Made by a program: the position numbers and the translations under genes. A stretch of DNA of 62,690 bases, counting the filler, from Stramenopiles sp. TOSAG23-6 (Eukaryota): assembly GCA_900128565.1 (NCBI GenBank). It is 8 parts of 8 records of this genome, joined end to end, with 100 filler letters (N's around TTAATTAATTAA, not from the genome) between each part and the next. Parts side by side here need not be neighbours in the genome. Positions count along the whole stretch, not along the records: positions 39,984 to 49,832 come from LT636347.1; positions 49,933 to 59,752 come from LT636348.1; positions 59,853 to 61,221 come from LT639158.1; 5 more parts are not named here. The stretch is one strand, 5' to 3'. Positions 47,901 through 59,896 of the stretch are shown in pieces (within the stretch, counting starts at the first letter, position 1; each line of letters begins with the position of its first letter). Under the pieces are notes generated by a model. The model searched no databases. It was given only the letters and a program-made list of their open reading frames with translations, and was not told where the DNA came from.

Positions 47901-49802
47901 ATTAGAGAGCCAATATACTACACAAGCATTATCCCAAGAATCCAAAAGAGGCTCGGGACCATATCGAGCTTCTAATTCACTCATTAATGTATGTTCATTT
48001 CTATGAAATTGGCGTAATAAATGTCGAACAAAACTACTCAATTCCTCATCACTTTTTGAGGGTTGATAGTGTTTATAATAGCATATAAATCTCTGATACC
48101 AATCACTACGCCCTCCTTTTCTATTCTTTGATGGTTCCTGGCCATATTTGACTTTGAGCTTTCGAAGCAGAGAATCTTCATGCCCTTCAAATTTTTGCAT
48201 GACATTATCTAAAAAATTTGGACTTGTTAAATGTTCCGGTGAGTATTGATGGTAAAACGCTCCAATACGACGTCTCCACTCAAGTAAATTCTTTTTCTTT
48301 CTATACTTGTTTGAAAAATAGAATCTTTGTAGTGTTCTTACTGCAATATCTCTCTTCTGTGTTTCGTATATTTTGTGTTTTGTCCAAGCAAGTACATTTT
48401 TTTGAATTGTATTTGCTGCCTTATATTTTCTAGTATATGTTTCATCCAACGTTTTATTATCTTTATGATTCGATTTTAAATTTTCTTCTGGACTCCAAAG
48501 TAATGATGAAATCATTTGATCAGTTTCCGATCCTAATTCTGTATTTAAAATTGAGTCAGCAATATTTGATACAAATGAAATGAAATTATCTGGTTTTGCG
48601 GTATTTCCATTTTTTTCCATCAACGTAATTGGCGTTTTATCATTATCACAGTCTATTGAATGATTCCTAGTGAGCTCTGCATTACTTTTACGTTTTCTAT
48701 CTATAGTTTTCTCTTTTGTTTTCTCTTTTGTTTTCTCTTTTGTTTTCTCTTTTGTTTTCTCTTTTGTTTTATCTAGTTTTACATTTATAATTTTTTTACT
48801 AGTTGTATTTGTAGCTATATTAATTTGTTTTTCCTTTTCTTCAATTACATTGTTATTCCTTCTTCCTTTCATTGTTAAAACATATTGCTTATACTTAAAC
48901 TCTTCCCAGGAATGTTTCCAAAAATGTGGTTTTTGTTTACAATCTATATTATCTAACAATAACTGTCTTGTTATTCTTGTCACTTCTCATGTATTTTGGA
49001 AAATATTTCAAAAAAAAAACTTAAAAAAAATGTTAGGTACAAAATTTCGTATGAAAAATAAATTCGATTTTTTTTTTACCGAAAAAAAAAAAAAAATAAA
49101 ACATACGCCGCCATCGTTCCACAAATGAACGTGCTATAATACCTCTGATGCGTTTTTGGATGATCAATACTTGAAGATTACGTTGTAAGTTAAGCTTATA
49201 CTGTTTTGCAAGTAAAACACGAATTTGTTTTTGAATTTTTATCACTGCAATATTCTCTATCTTGATTTTATATCGTCGATGTAACACTTTTTTTTTGGAT
49301 TGCTTTTGACGAACTTTGGACTGTATGTATTTTGGAAAAATATTTCAAAAAAAAAAAAACTTAAATTTGTTAGGTACAANNNNNNNNNNNNNNNNNNNNN
49401 NNNNNNNNNNNNNNNNNNNNNNNNNNNNNNNNNNNNNNNNNNNNNNNNNNNNNNNNNNNNNNNNNNNNNNNNNNNNNNNNNNNNNNNNNNNNNNNNNNNN
49501 NNNNNNNNNNNNNNNNNNNNNNNNNNNNNNNNNNNNNNNNNNNNATGTAATGCATTTGCTGCTGATATAATGAGTGAACGATGAAAACTATCCGTTACTT
49601 CTAGATCACATAGCATTTCATCATCTAATTGTAAAAGCATGCAATGTGAAAAAATATTTTAAAACTTTTTTTTTGTTAAGTATACAATTTTCTTTGTAAA
49701 AAGAATAAACAAACATTCTACAAATCATTAATTTTTGATAACGTACATGGGACCATCTATTCCCTCTTCAACAAATGTTGGTGAATAAATAGGCAAACGT
49801 AG
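44923..49802 (-). CDS. Large SAM/IQ/WW-domain protein (5' truncated); introns 49639-49746, one ending at 49325, 48989-49106, 45020-45114
   Basis: Three SAM-like units (IDGPMLL / IDGTLLV), IQ motifs, and WW domains (WEMHRDSATGVAYYYN, WVRRVHATGISYFHN). Confidence 0.8.
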
Positions 49803-50097
49803 ATGTATTTTGGAAAAATATTTAAAAAAAAANNNNNNNNNNNNNNNNNNNNNNNNNNNNNNNNNNNNNNNNNNNNTTAATTAATTAANNNNNNNNNNNN
49901 NNNNNNNNNNNNNNNNNNNNNNNNNNNNNNNNAATCTTCGTAAATATCACGTATTTTTTAATTTTTCAAATTTTTTTTTTGAATTTTTTTTTTTAAATTT
50001 TTTAAATTTTAAAAATTTTTTTTTTTTTTTTTTTTTGTATGAAATTTTGTACCTAACGATTTTTTTTTACCGAAAAAAAAAAAAATTCACAATACAT

Positions 50098-52677
50098 GCG
50101 CTAGTTAGCACAATTTCAGGTACTATTTCTGCTGCTGCTTCAACATGTGGCCGTAACCCTAACCCTAGCAGAAGCAATTTTCGTTCTTTATCTCATTTAA
50201 CAGGACTTCTGTCATGTACATTTTCAAAATCGAAAAATTGATTTTTTTTTTCATATTTTTTTTTCATACGAAATTTCGTACCTAACAAATATTTTTACAA
50301 AAAAAAAAAAAATTTTCACAAAATATGTTTGCTACATTCGGAAACTTTATTTAAAAGCATTTCAAAATCAACTTCTTTGAGTGTTTCACCAACATCAAAT
50401 GTCTCTTCAAGCGTTGTTCATTCAACTTCTGGTAGTCTATGTACGTTTTTCAATTTTTTTTTTTTCAATTTAAAATTTAAAATTTTTTTTTAGTACATTT
50501 CATACCTAACAAAAAAAAAATATTTTTTTTCTAATGTTTTTTTGTACTACATTTCATAACAAAAAAAAAATATTTTTTTTCCAATTTTTTTTTGTAGTAC
50601 ATTTCATACCTAACAAAAAAAAAATTAAATTTTTAAAATATTGTCCAAAAATAAATTTTCAGCAAAAATAATAAAACCTCTTTTTGCAAAATTAAATGGA
50701 AGTCGTCATACAAATGAAATACCATTACTTGTGTATTCTCCAATATCACTTGTATTACAATTATTTTCATGTGTAAAAAAAACACCATCAAATTTCAAAA
50801 ATTGTATAGGGATTTCGTATACTGTAGCATTGGTCCAATCTTTAATTGTCTCTACAAACCCTAACCCTACAAACCCTAACCCTAACACAAAAAAAACAGA
50901 TGAAATGGATCCATTACATAAAAATTTAGGTAATGAATTAAGTACACTAAAATCATATATTCTTGATCATACTAATGTGGTACCCGGTCTCCCATTATAC
51001 ATGTTTGTTTTATTTATTTTCAATTTTTTTTTTCGAAAATTAATTTTTTTTTTTATAGTAAATTTCGTACCTAACAAATTGTACAAAAAAAAAATATTTT
51101 CCAAAAATATATGAAAGAAGTCAATAATAACAAATTAACTCGACTTGTGAATCAACACTGTTCACACTTTCTTTCAAGTATCAAAATTTTACTACAAATA
51201 TTTAAAAATTCAAAAATAATGAATAATGATAGCTCTATATGGGATATTGATATTCTTAATGAATTGACACCAACAGCTGTACTACATGCTGGAAAAGATA
51301 TTTGGAATATGTACATAGTAATTACAAAAATCTTTTTTTTTTTTTTTTTTTGTAGTACATTTTGTACCTAACAAAAAAAAATTTAATTTTTTTTTTTTTT
51401 TTTGTAGTAAATTTTGTACCTAACAAAAAAAAATTTAATTTTTTTTTTTCACATTTCAGTATGAAATCTTGGGTTATTGCGTATAAAAGTAGATGCTTAC
51501 AAGATAATAATACTATTCCTAAAGCTATTTCAAATAAGGAAATTACAAAATTAACTACACAAAATAATATATATAATTGTAAAAACGAATATTTAAAATT
51601 ACGTTTAAAATTTTGTGTTGATAATTCAACGCCAATTCGGTTGGTGTCATTACCTAAAAAATGTAAGTTTTTTTTTTGAAAGATATTTTCAAATTTTTTT
51701 TTTTTTTTTTTTTTTTAGTAGATAATTTTGTATCAAAATCGAAATCTTAAAAAAAAAAAAATTAAATATTTTTTCACAAAACATATTCAACATTATTTCG
51801 TTCAGTTGCACACGAAATCTGTCCTACATCGGGTGAAATGCAAGAAAATCCTTCCATTTGTCTTCTTTGTGGTGTAACGCTTTGTATGTTTTTATTTTTT
51901 TTTTTTACAAAAAAAATCGAATTTTTTTTTCGTACGAAATTTTGTACCTAACAAATTTTACATTTTTTTTTTTTTTTCACGATACATGCGCTGGTTGGGA
52001 CTGTTGCCGGCCAAAATCGTCACTGTGGTATGAAAATGATTCTCCTATTGGCCATAGACGAGAAAAAGTACCTGGTGCGGCTACAAGGCATATGAATGCT
52101 ATGCATGGAGGCGTGTAATTTTTAATTTTTTTTTTCATACGAAATTTTGTACCTAACGAGTTTTTTTTTTAACGAATAATTTTTTTTCATACGAAATTTT
52201 GTACCTAATGTTTTTTTTTTCGAAAACCAAAAATACATATATATATATTCACAATAAAGTGGTGCGATATTATTAGTTAGATCATGTACTGTCATTTTAA
52301 TCCGGGGGAAATACTCATGTGAACACTCTTCACCTTATGTTGATCAATATGTATGTTTTTTTTTTTTTTTTTGGTTTCGTACGAAATTTTGACCTAACAA
52401 AAAAAAATTTAATTTTTTTTTTTTTTGAAATTTTTTTTTGAAATTTTTTTTTTTTACAAATAAAAATTGTACTGTACCTAACAAAATTTTGAACTTTTTC
52501 AAAAATATGTTTTCATCAATGTATGGAGAATCCAAAATGAAACAAAGTCGTCCACTACTCTTAAATGAGGAAAGATACTCTGATCTTGAAACATTATTTC
52601 AAACATACTCAATATCATCTCTAGTTACACGAAATCGAAATTCTTCAGAACGATTTTATGTCCCAAATCAATGGTAA
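50098..52677 (+). CDS. UBR1/PRT6-type N-degron E3 ligase, C-terminal region (5' truncated), about 8 introns
   Basis: Spliced LVSLPKK|YSTLF...PSICLLCGVTL|CAG...GAATRHM...GG|VGAILLV...SPYVDQY|GE...RPLLLNEERY. Confidence 0.8.
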
Positions 52678-53099
52678 ATTATAAATTCAAAAAAAAAAAC
52701 GTTAGGTACAAAATTTCGTACGAAAACTAAAAAAAAAACGAAATTCTTCAGAACGATTTTATGTCCAAATCAATGGTAAATTATAAATTCAATTCATTTT
52801 TCTATTTATAATAAATATATATTTTCAATCTTGAAATGAATATTGACTTCAAACTTGACTTACATTGTGAAAACTAAAACAAATAGAGTAGGTCAATTTT
52901 TTTAAATAAAAATAAAAACTTGATTTTTCACATTTAAAATGAATTTTTCCACATTTTATAATTTAAATTTTCTCCGAGAACAGTTTTGTTCGGGATCGAT
53001 CGATCGGTCAATTTTGAATTTTTGATGTTTTTCACTAGCACGCGAAAAAAAAAGGAAACAACAACAAAGGAAAGAATAGGTTTCGATTACAAACACAAA

Positions 53100-53972
53100 A
53101 TGGCCACTAAACGAACAGAGTATGAAGAGGAGGTCATGCAAAAAGTGCTTAGCGGGTTAGGTCCTGCTATTGTGATTACTAGCTATCTATGTCTCCGAGA
53201 TAGACTCTCATGGAGAGCTGTATCAAATGATGAGCAACGACCTTGGATGGTTGGTGTTAATTGGGGTAAGGTCACTTGTACTGAAACAGCGAAGCACAAT
53301 GGCTTTAAATTTTTGCGGTGGTTAAGAAACCAAAATCCACCTTGTCCGTGGAATGGAATGACGTGTAGTGGGGCAGCTCAAAATGGTCACTTGGAAGTAC
53401 TGAAATGGGTAAGATATCAAAATCCACCTTGTCCTTGGGATGAAACTACGTGTAGATTCGCAGCTGCAAGTGGTAACTTGGAAGTACTGAAATGGGTAAG
53501 AAGTCAAAATCCACCTTGTCCGTGGGATGAAAGGACGTGTTGTGATGCAGCTAAAAATGGTCACTTGGAAGTATTGAAATGGGTAAGAAGTCAAGATCCA
53601 CCTTGTCCGTGGGATGAATGGACGTGTCGTGATGCAGCTGCAAATGGTAACTTAGAAGTATTACAATGGTTAAGAAGTCAAAATCCACCTTGTCCGTGGG
53701 ATGAATGGACGTGTCTTAATGCAGCTAAAAATGGTCACTTAGAAGTATTGAAATGGGTAAGAAATCAAAATCCACCTTGTCCTTGGGATGAAAATACATG
53801 TGAAGCAGCAGCTGGAAATGGTCACTTAGAAGTATTGAAATGGATTAGAAGTCAAAATCCACCTTGTCCGTGGAGTGAATTTACATGTCGATTTGCAGCT
53901 GAAAATGGTCACTTGGAAGTATTGAAATGGTTAATAGAGGTAAAAGCACCAGGCTATGAACGATATTTGTGA
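53100..53972 (+). CDS. CPW-type ankyrin-like repeat protein, copy 1
   Basis: About 8 near-perfect 25-aa repeats WxxxTCxxAAxNGHLEVLKWxRSQNPPCP. Intronless. Confidence 0.9.
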   Translation: MATKRTEYEEEVMQKVLSGLGPAIVITSYLCLRDRLSWRAVSNDEQRPWMVGVNWGKVTCTETAKHNGFKFLRWLRNQNPPCPWNGMTCSGAAQNGHLEVLKWVRYQNPPCPWDETTCRFAAASGNLEVLKWVRSQNPPCPWDERTCCDAAKNGHLEVLKWVRSQDPPCPWDEWTCRDAAANGNLEVLQWLRSQNPPCPWDEWTCLNAAKNGHLEVLKWVRNQNPPCPWDENTCEAAAGNGHLEVLKWIRSQNPPCPWSEFTCRFAAENGHLEVLKWLIEVKAPGYERYL

Positions 53973-54344
53973 ATAAAAATGACTAATTTAATATTCTTTT
54001 AATTTATGATTTAACTTATCTCAAAAGTTAAAAGTATTTTTTTAATCAAATTAGTGATGTCACCTTATATGCATATGATTTCATTGTAAAAACTAAAACA
54101 AATAGAGTAGGTCATTTTTTTGTAAATAAAAATAAAAACTTGATTTGCACATTTAAAATATTTTTTTCCACATAAATAGAATCGTGAGATTTTATAATTT
54201 GAATTTCCTACAAGGACAGTTTTATCGGTCAATTTTGAATTTTGAATTTTTGATGTTTTTCACTAGCCTATTACGATTAGCACGCGAAAAAAAAACGACA
54301 ACAACAAAGCAAAGAATAGTGTTTCGATTAAGTACAAACATAAA

Positions 54345-55499
54345 ATGATCACTAAACGAACAAAGGATGAAGAAGAGGTCATGCAAAAAGTGCTTAGCGG
54401 GTTAGGGCCTGCTATTGTAATTACCAGCTATCTATGTCTCCGAGATAGACTCTCATGGAGAGCTGTATCAAATGATGAGCACCGACCTTGGATGGTTGGT
54501 GTTAATTGGGGTAAGGTCACTTGTACTAAAACAGTGAAGCATAATGGCTTTGAATTTTTGCGGTGGTTAAGAAACCAAAATCCACCTTGTCCGTGGGATG
54601 ATTGGACGTGTTGGCAGGCAGCTCGAAATGGTAACTTAGAAGTATTGAAATGGATAAGAAGTCAAAATCCACCTTGTCCTTGGGATAAAAGGACGTGTAA
54701 TGCTGCAGCTGGATTTGGTCACTTAGAAGTATTGAAATGGGTAAGAAGTCAGAAACCACCTGGTCCATGGAATCATTTGGCATGTGCTTGGGCAGCTGAA
54801 AATGGTCACTTGGAAGTATTGAAGTGGTTAAGAAGTCAAAATCCACCTTGTCCATGGAATGAAGAAACGTGTAGTCGTGCAGCTAGAAATGGTCACTTGG
54901 AAGTATTGAAATGGGTAAGCAATCAAAATCCACCTTGTCCATGGGATGAAGAAACGTGTAATGAAGCAGCTAAAAATGGTCACTTGGATGTATTGAAATG
55001 GGTAAGAAATCAAAATCCACCTTGTCCGTGGGATGAATGGACGTGTAATGTTGCATCTAAAAATGGTCACTTGGAAGTATTGAAATGGATAAGAAGTCAA
55101 AATCCACCTTGTCCGTGGAATAAATGGACGTGTGGTTGGGCAGCTGGAAATGGTCACTTAGAAGTATTGAAATGGGTAAGAAGTCAAAATCCACCTTGTC
55201 CTTGGGATGAATATACATGTCATGATGCAGCTGAAAATGGTCACTTAGAAGTATTGAAGTGGTTAAGAAATCAAAATCCACCTTGTCCGTGGGATGATAA
55301 TACGTGTCTTAATGCAGCTAGAAATGGTCACTTGGAAGTATTGAAATGGATAAGAAGTCAAAACCCACCTTGTCCGTGGGATGAATGGACGTGTTATAGA
55401 GCAGCTAAAAATGGTCACTTGGAAGTATTGAAATGGTTAATAGAGGTAAAAGCACCAGACTATGAACGATATTTGCGAAGAAAAATGTTCCTAATTTAA
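54345..55499 (+). CDS. CPW-type ankyrin-like repeat protein, copy 2 (tandem paralogue)
   Basis: About 12 repeats; N-terminus and flanking DNA nearly identical to copy 1. Confidence 0.9.
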   Translation: MITKRTKDEEEVMQKVLSGLGPAIVITSYLCLRDRLSWRAVSNDEHRPWMVGVNWGKVTCTKTVKHNGFEFLRWLRNQNPPCPWDDWTCWQAARNGNLEVLKWIRSQNPPCPWDKRTCNAAAGFGHLEVLKWVRSQKPPGPWNHLACAWAAENGHLEVLKWLRSQNPPCPWNEETCSRAARNGHLEVLKWVSNQNPPCPWDEETCNEAAKNGHLDVLKWVRNQNPPCPWDEWTCNVASKNGHLEVLKWIRSQNPPCPWNKWTCGWAAGNGHLEVLKWVRSQNPPCPWDEYTCHDAAENGHLEVLKWLRNQNPPCPWDDNTCLNAARNGHLEVLKWIRSQNPPCPWDEWTCYRAAKNGHLEVLKWLIEVKAPDYERYLRRKMFLI

Positions 55500-55816
55500 A
55501 AATTCTTTTTAATTTATGATTAAACTTATCTTAAAAGTTAAAAGTATTTTTTTTATCAAATTAGTGATGTCACCTAACATGCATATGATTTCAATCTATC
55601 TTATTTTGGTCTACTTTTCTTTATTTGTAGAGTTTTTTAATGTCTCTTTTTTCAAAAAACAATATTTAGGTACAAAATGTCGTACGAAAAAATAAAAAGA
55701 TGAAATTAGGCGTACAATACAATAGTTATTTTTTGATTTTTTTTTCCATAGTAAATTGAATACCCTACCTACAAAAACATTAAAAAAAATGTAACAAACA
55801 CTAACATGTATACATT

Positions 55817-58053
55817 TTATCGGCAACACAACAAAATGACACCGAGAATCATACAAATTAAAGCAAATGAAATAATTAATCTGTTGCGTAGTCCTGGAGT
55901 TTCTCGAAAATATATATATTGTGAAAAAATATTTTTTTTTTTTTTTNTAAAAAAAAAGTTGTTAGGTACGGGATTTCGTATGAAAAAAAAAAACACGTGA
56001 CATTTAATTTTTTAAAAGTACACCAGTGACATGGCTGTTGAAACCATAATTGCTCCAATATTCATCACGGGGTATGCAGGAACCAATCCTAATTTACTTA
56101 TTGCCCAAAACTGATTAAAAGTACCAAAATTCCAAATTGATCCTGAAACGATGTATTGTGAAAAAATATGTTTTTTTTGTTTGTGTCTATATAAAATTCA
56201 TTAGCGATAAAATGTTCAACGAAAAAAAAAAAAAAAAAAAGTTAAATGGGGAGAAAATAATTTATAAAAACATACAGAGCTGGTATGATAAAATCAACGT
56301 CCAATTTTAGTGGAGTTGAACCTTTTGGTTTTACAAAATACCTATAACATGAGTATAATGCTAAAGCACCCGTAGCCATCAACCATACCCCAAGAATTGT
56401 GAAAAATATATTTGTATTTATGTAAAACCAATTGTTAGATACAAAATTTCGTGTGAAAAGTGTTTTTTTTTAATTTAGAAAAGAAAAGAAAACGTTCAAG
56501 TGTATGAGAAAAGAGAAATGGTAATGATGTTGGGTTGCCATGATTCATTGTTAAATGTCTTGTTTTGTTGTCTTGCTCCCAAATGGTCATTGGAACCATA
56601 GCAAGGCCATTTGTGATTCCAAAAACAGCACCTGCAAGTAAACCAATAGGAATATTTGCTTCCTTCTTTCGACTCTTTTTTTTACTGATTTTCTTTGGTG
56701 TTTTTCTTTTCGTTGATTTAATTTTAGTCGTTGTTTGAGTTCTATTTGATATATTTCTACTCAATTGCCTACACTGTACAATTTCTACTTCATTCAAGTC
56801 TGAATTATTATTATGAGAGTCATCGACCTCATCTTGTTCATTTACATCTACATTGTCGATTGTATTATCTACCGTCAAATACGAGTATTCTGTGTCATTT
56901 TCTTCGTCAGACTGTTCCTCATTTTCATCACAAGGTCCAATCATTGACATCAAATACGCAGAAGAACTAGGTAATAGTGGACCTCCATTACACGGAAATG
57001 GATGAGTAAGCTGAGATTTAAAATTTTTCATTACATTTCGTCTAAGTGGTGATGAATAACCTATTTCTGCTAAGACTTCCCTTGAAAATATGTTTCCATT
57101 GAAATCTCCGTTATAATCATGATTTTCAGATTTACCCTCTTGTATGTGTAAATTCTCTATCCAGGTGCTATTTGGATTAGCAATTTTATTATCAACACGA
57201 GAATAATGACGCGTTTTTTTTTTATGTATATGTTCTTCATGTGCTTGGTTGTTACTATTAGCACCATTTGTTGTAAGTGAAAGACAATGATCGTTTTCAC
57301 TACGATGTGAGAGATTAGGAGAGGAGAGCAAAGGGGTACTAAGAGTATTGCTTATCGTCGTTGTAGCCATTTGAGGTTCTTTATCATTTATCCTTTCAAT
57401 ATCAGAAGATTGCGAATTCGAAGGTACAAGTCCTTCTTCCATGTCCAACGTTTCAAAAACAACCACAGTTTTTTCACGTTTAAGAAATGTATAAGACACA
57501 ATAGCCATAAGCAAAAATATCATTCCTGAATCACTCACTATGGTTCCTGATTTTGCGAGACTAAAAAGGCCAAAACGAGCACAAACATAACTAACCATAT
57601 TATTGCCCGCAGTCATTATAGTAAAGCCTCTTCCAAATCCTAAGTTCTTTACAATTATTCCAGCTGTAAGTAAATGACTTATAGTCCATAAACCACCACC
57701 CAACAGACCTGCGTGAAAGAATTGTTGTGCTACGATGTTCCCACTGGCTGACCTTACGGTACCATCACCTTGAAAGAACGGATTATCGACCGACAGAGGG
57801 AGTACCCAATAACTCAAGGAGAATAGGAGTGCACCGCTACAGAAGAACCAATTGTAGACGACTCCATCATATACACTGTATTGCTTTACTGGAAGCGTGT
57901 ACTATATTTTGGAAATAGATTTAAAAGGTATAGTGAAGTTTAGATGACTGTTATTGAAAAAATACATATAGGAGATATGAAATAAAAAAATCTTACGATA
58001 CCAAAGATGATTGATCCAAGAATAAGAGGTACATAGTCTTCAGCAATTCCCAT
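55817..58053 (-). CDS. TMEM144-like DMT-superfamily transporter; introns 57902-57996, 56392-56497, 56151-56275, 55914-56021
   Basis: Spliced FGI|YTLPVKQYSVYDGVVYNWFFC, LGGGLW, FSHTL|GVWL, IPA|LVSGSIW, SL|VYFRE. Confidence 0.75.
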
Positions 58054-58407
58054 CAAATAATTTGAATATCAACTTTCTTTAACACTCTTCTTTAGCGAGA
58101 AGGGTAGGCTATGTCAGTCACTGCCACAATGCACATTTTTTAAGGTTCGCGTTTTTGCTATCAAATTATTGGATTTTTTGCGCGATTTTTGCAATTTTGC
58201 TACCCATCATTTTTATTTTTTCAATCAAATCAATTCTTGTTTGATTTGTGAAAATCGAATGTTATCATACATATACTTCGATATAATTCAAAATTGAATA
58301 TTTCTAGTGATTAGCATCATCATTAACAATTAAAACAAATTTCCAAATTCGATCTATCCAGCTATCATACGTTGCCAAATTAAAATATTGAATAATTTAT
58401 TCATACA

Positions 58408-59752
58408 ATGAAGCACTGTCCGCCATGTAAGTTTAGAGTAGCTTGGCTTCGAAACATGGATTTATTAGGATACAATAAAGCAAAGTCTTCTGGACAACCT
58501 CAACATCCTAACATGTCCATTCGTCGACCAACACACAACGATACGGTGAGTAAAAACAAAACACCAAGTAGTTATTGCCCTTGGGATAGCCATAATAGAG
58601 CAACCAAGGAAGCTCTCAAGCCTATACAGCCAACTGTTCAACATAACATTCCAAAGATTCGCCGTTCTACTAAAAATTTTGAGAACACACTTTTGAATGT
58701 TATATTTTCACAAGAAGGTCGAGTAATTGGCGAATTCTCTTCTATGAATGAAATCCGTTCGACACTTTACTTTTTACTTACCAAGTTGATGAAAAGCAAT
58801 ACGAAAGAATTTGACTTATGCTGGCCATGTATCTTTTATTTTTTTCAATTTCGAATTTATTTTTTTTTTCGTACGAAATTCAGTACCTAACAAATTTTAC
58901 AAAAAAAAATTATTTTCACAATACATGTAATAGTCTACCCGCTGAGAAATTTCCTTTACACTTGAATTTTGGTTCGAGATACTTTGGTGGTTTGACGAAA
59001 AAAGAAACTGAAGCAAAGTTAGTTGCAATACTTACCGAAGGTGCGACGGCAGAGAGTGTCCAACGTGATCATCCAAGTGTACGTTATATTTGTTTTCATA
59101 CGAAATTTTGTACCTAATAATTATTTTGTATTTCATCTTTAGCTAAGCTAACATTTTTTCAAAAATTTCAATTTTTTTTACAATACATCGTGAAAGATGT
59201 TCTTATGAATTCCCTCCACCTAATCCTGGCGGTCTTTCTGATTTTGATATGGCTGTAAAGGAGATGGAACAGAGAGCAAGAATACCGAATTACAAGTTTA
59301 AACGGTTTGATACTTCGCCAACAAGCATTATGTACATTTTACTCATGAATGTTTCGGATTTTTTTTTCATACGAAATGTTGTACCTAACAGCTTTCTTTA
59401 GTTTTTATTTCGATACATTTTACACATGAATGTTTCGGATTTTTTTTCATATGAAATGTTGTACCTAAACAATTTTTAATTTTTATATTTTTTATAGTAT
59501 ATGTCAAGTTTGACCAAGCGACGATCTACTTCAAATCGAAGAGGATCATTCAGAGAGGCATTCGATGAAATCATGAATGCTCCAAAGTGTAGCAAATCAT
59601 TGCCATTTCTTGGATCATCATCTGAATCGTCATTTCGAGGGGAAATATCATCAATGAGGAAACAAAACCACTTACAATTTTCTACTGAAAATGGTGTAAT
59701 GTATCGTTCAAATGCTGCTGAAAATGGTGCAATGTATCGTTCAAATGCTGCT
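58408..59752 (+). CDS. Hypothetical protein (3' truncated); introns 58829-58926, 59079-59188, 59332-59502
   Basis: A continuous reading frame appears only after removing three family introns at GT...AT; no domain recognised. Confidence 0.6.
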
Positions 59753-59896
59753 NNNNNNNNNNNNNNNNNNNNNNNNNNNNNNNNNNNNNNNNNNNNTTAA
59801 TTAATTAANNNNNNNNNNNNNNNNNNNNNNNNNNNNNNNNNNNNNNNNNNNNAAAAAATTTAAACTAAAAGTTGAAAAAAAAAAAAAAAACATACA

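Noticed and set aside
53330-55440. Regular repeats with variable interiors resembling a CRISPR array
   Set aside because: They are 75-nt in-frame coding repeats in a eukaryotic gene, with no cas genes.
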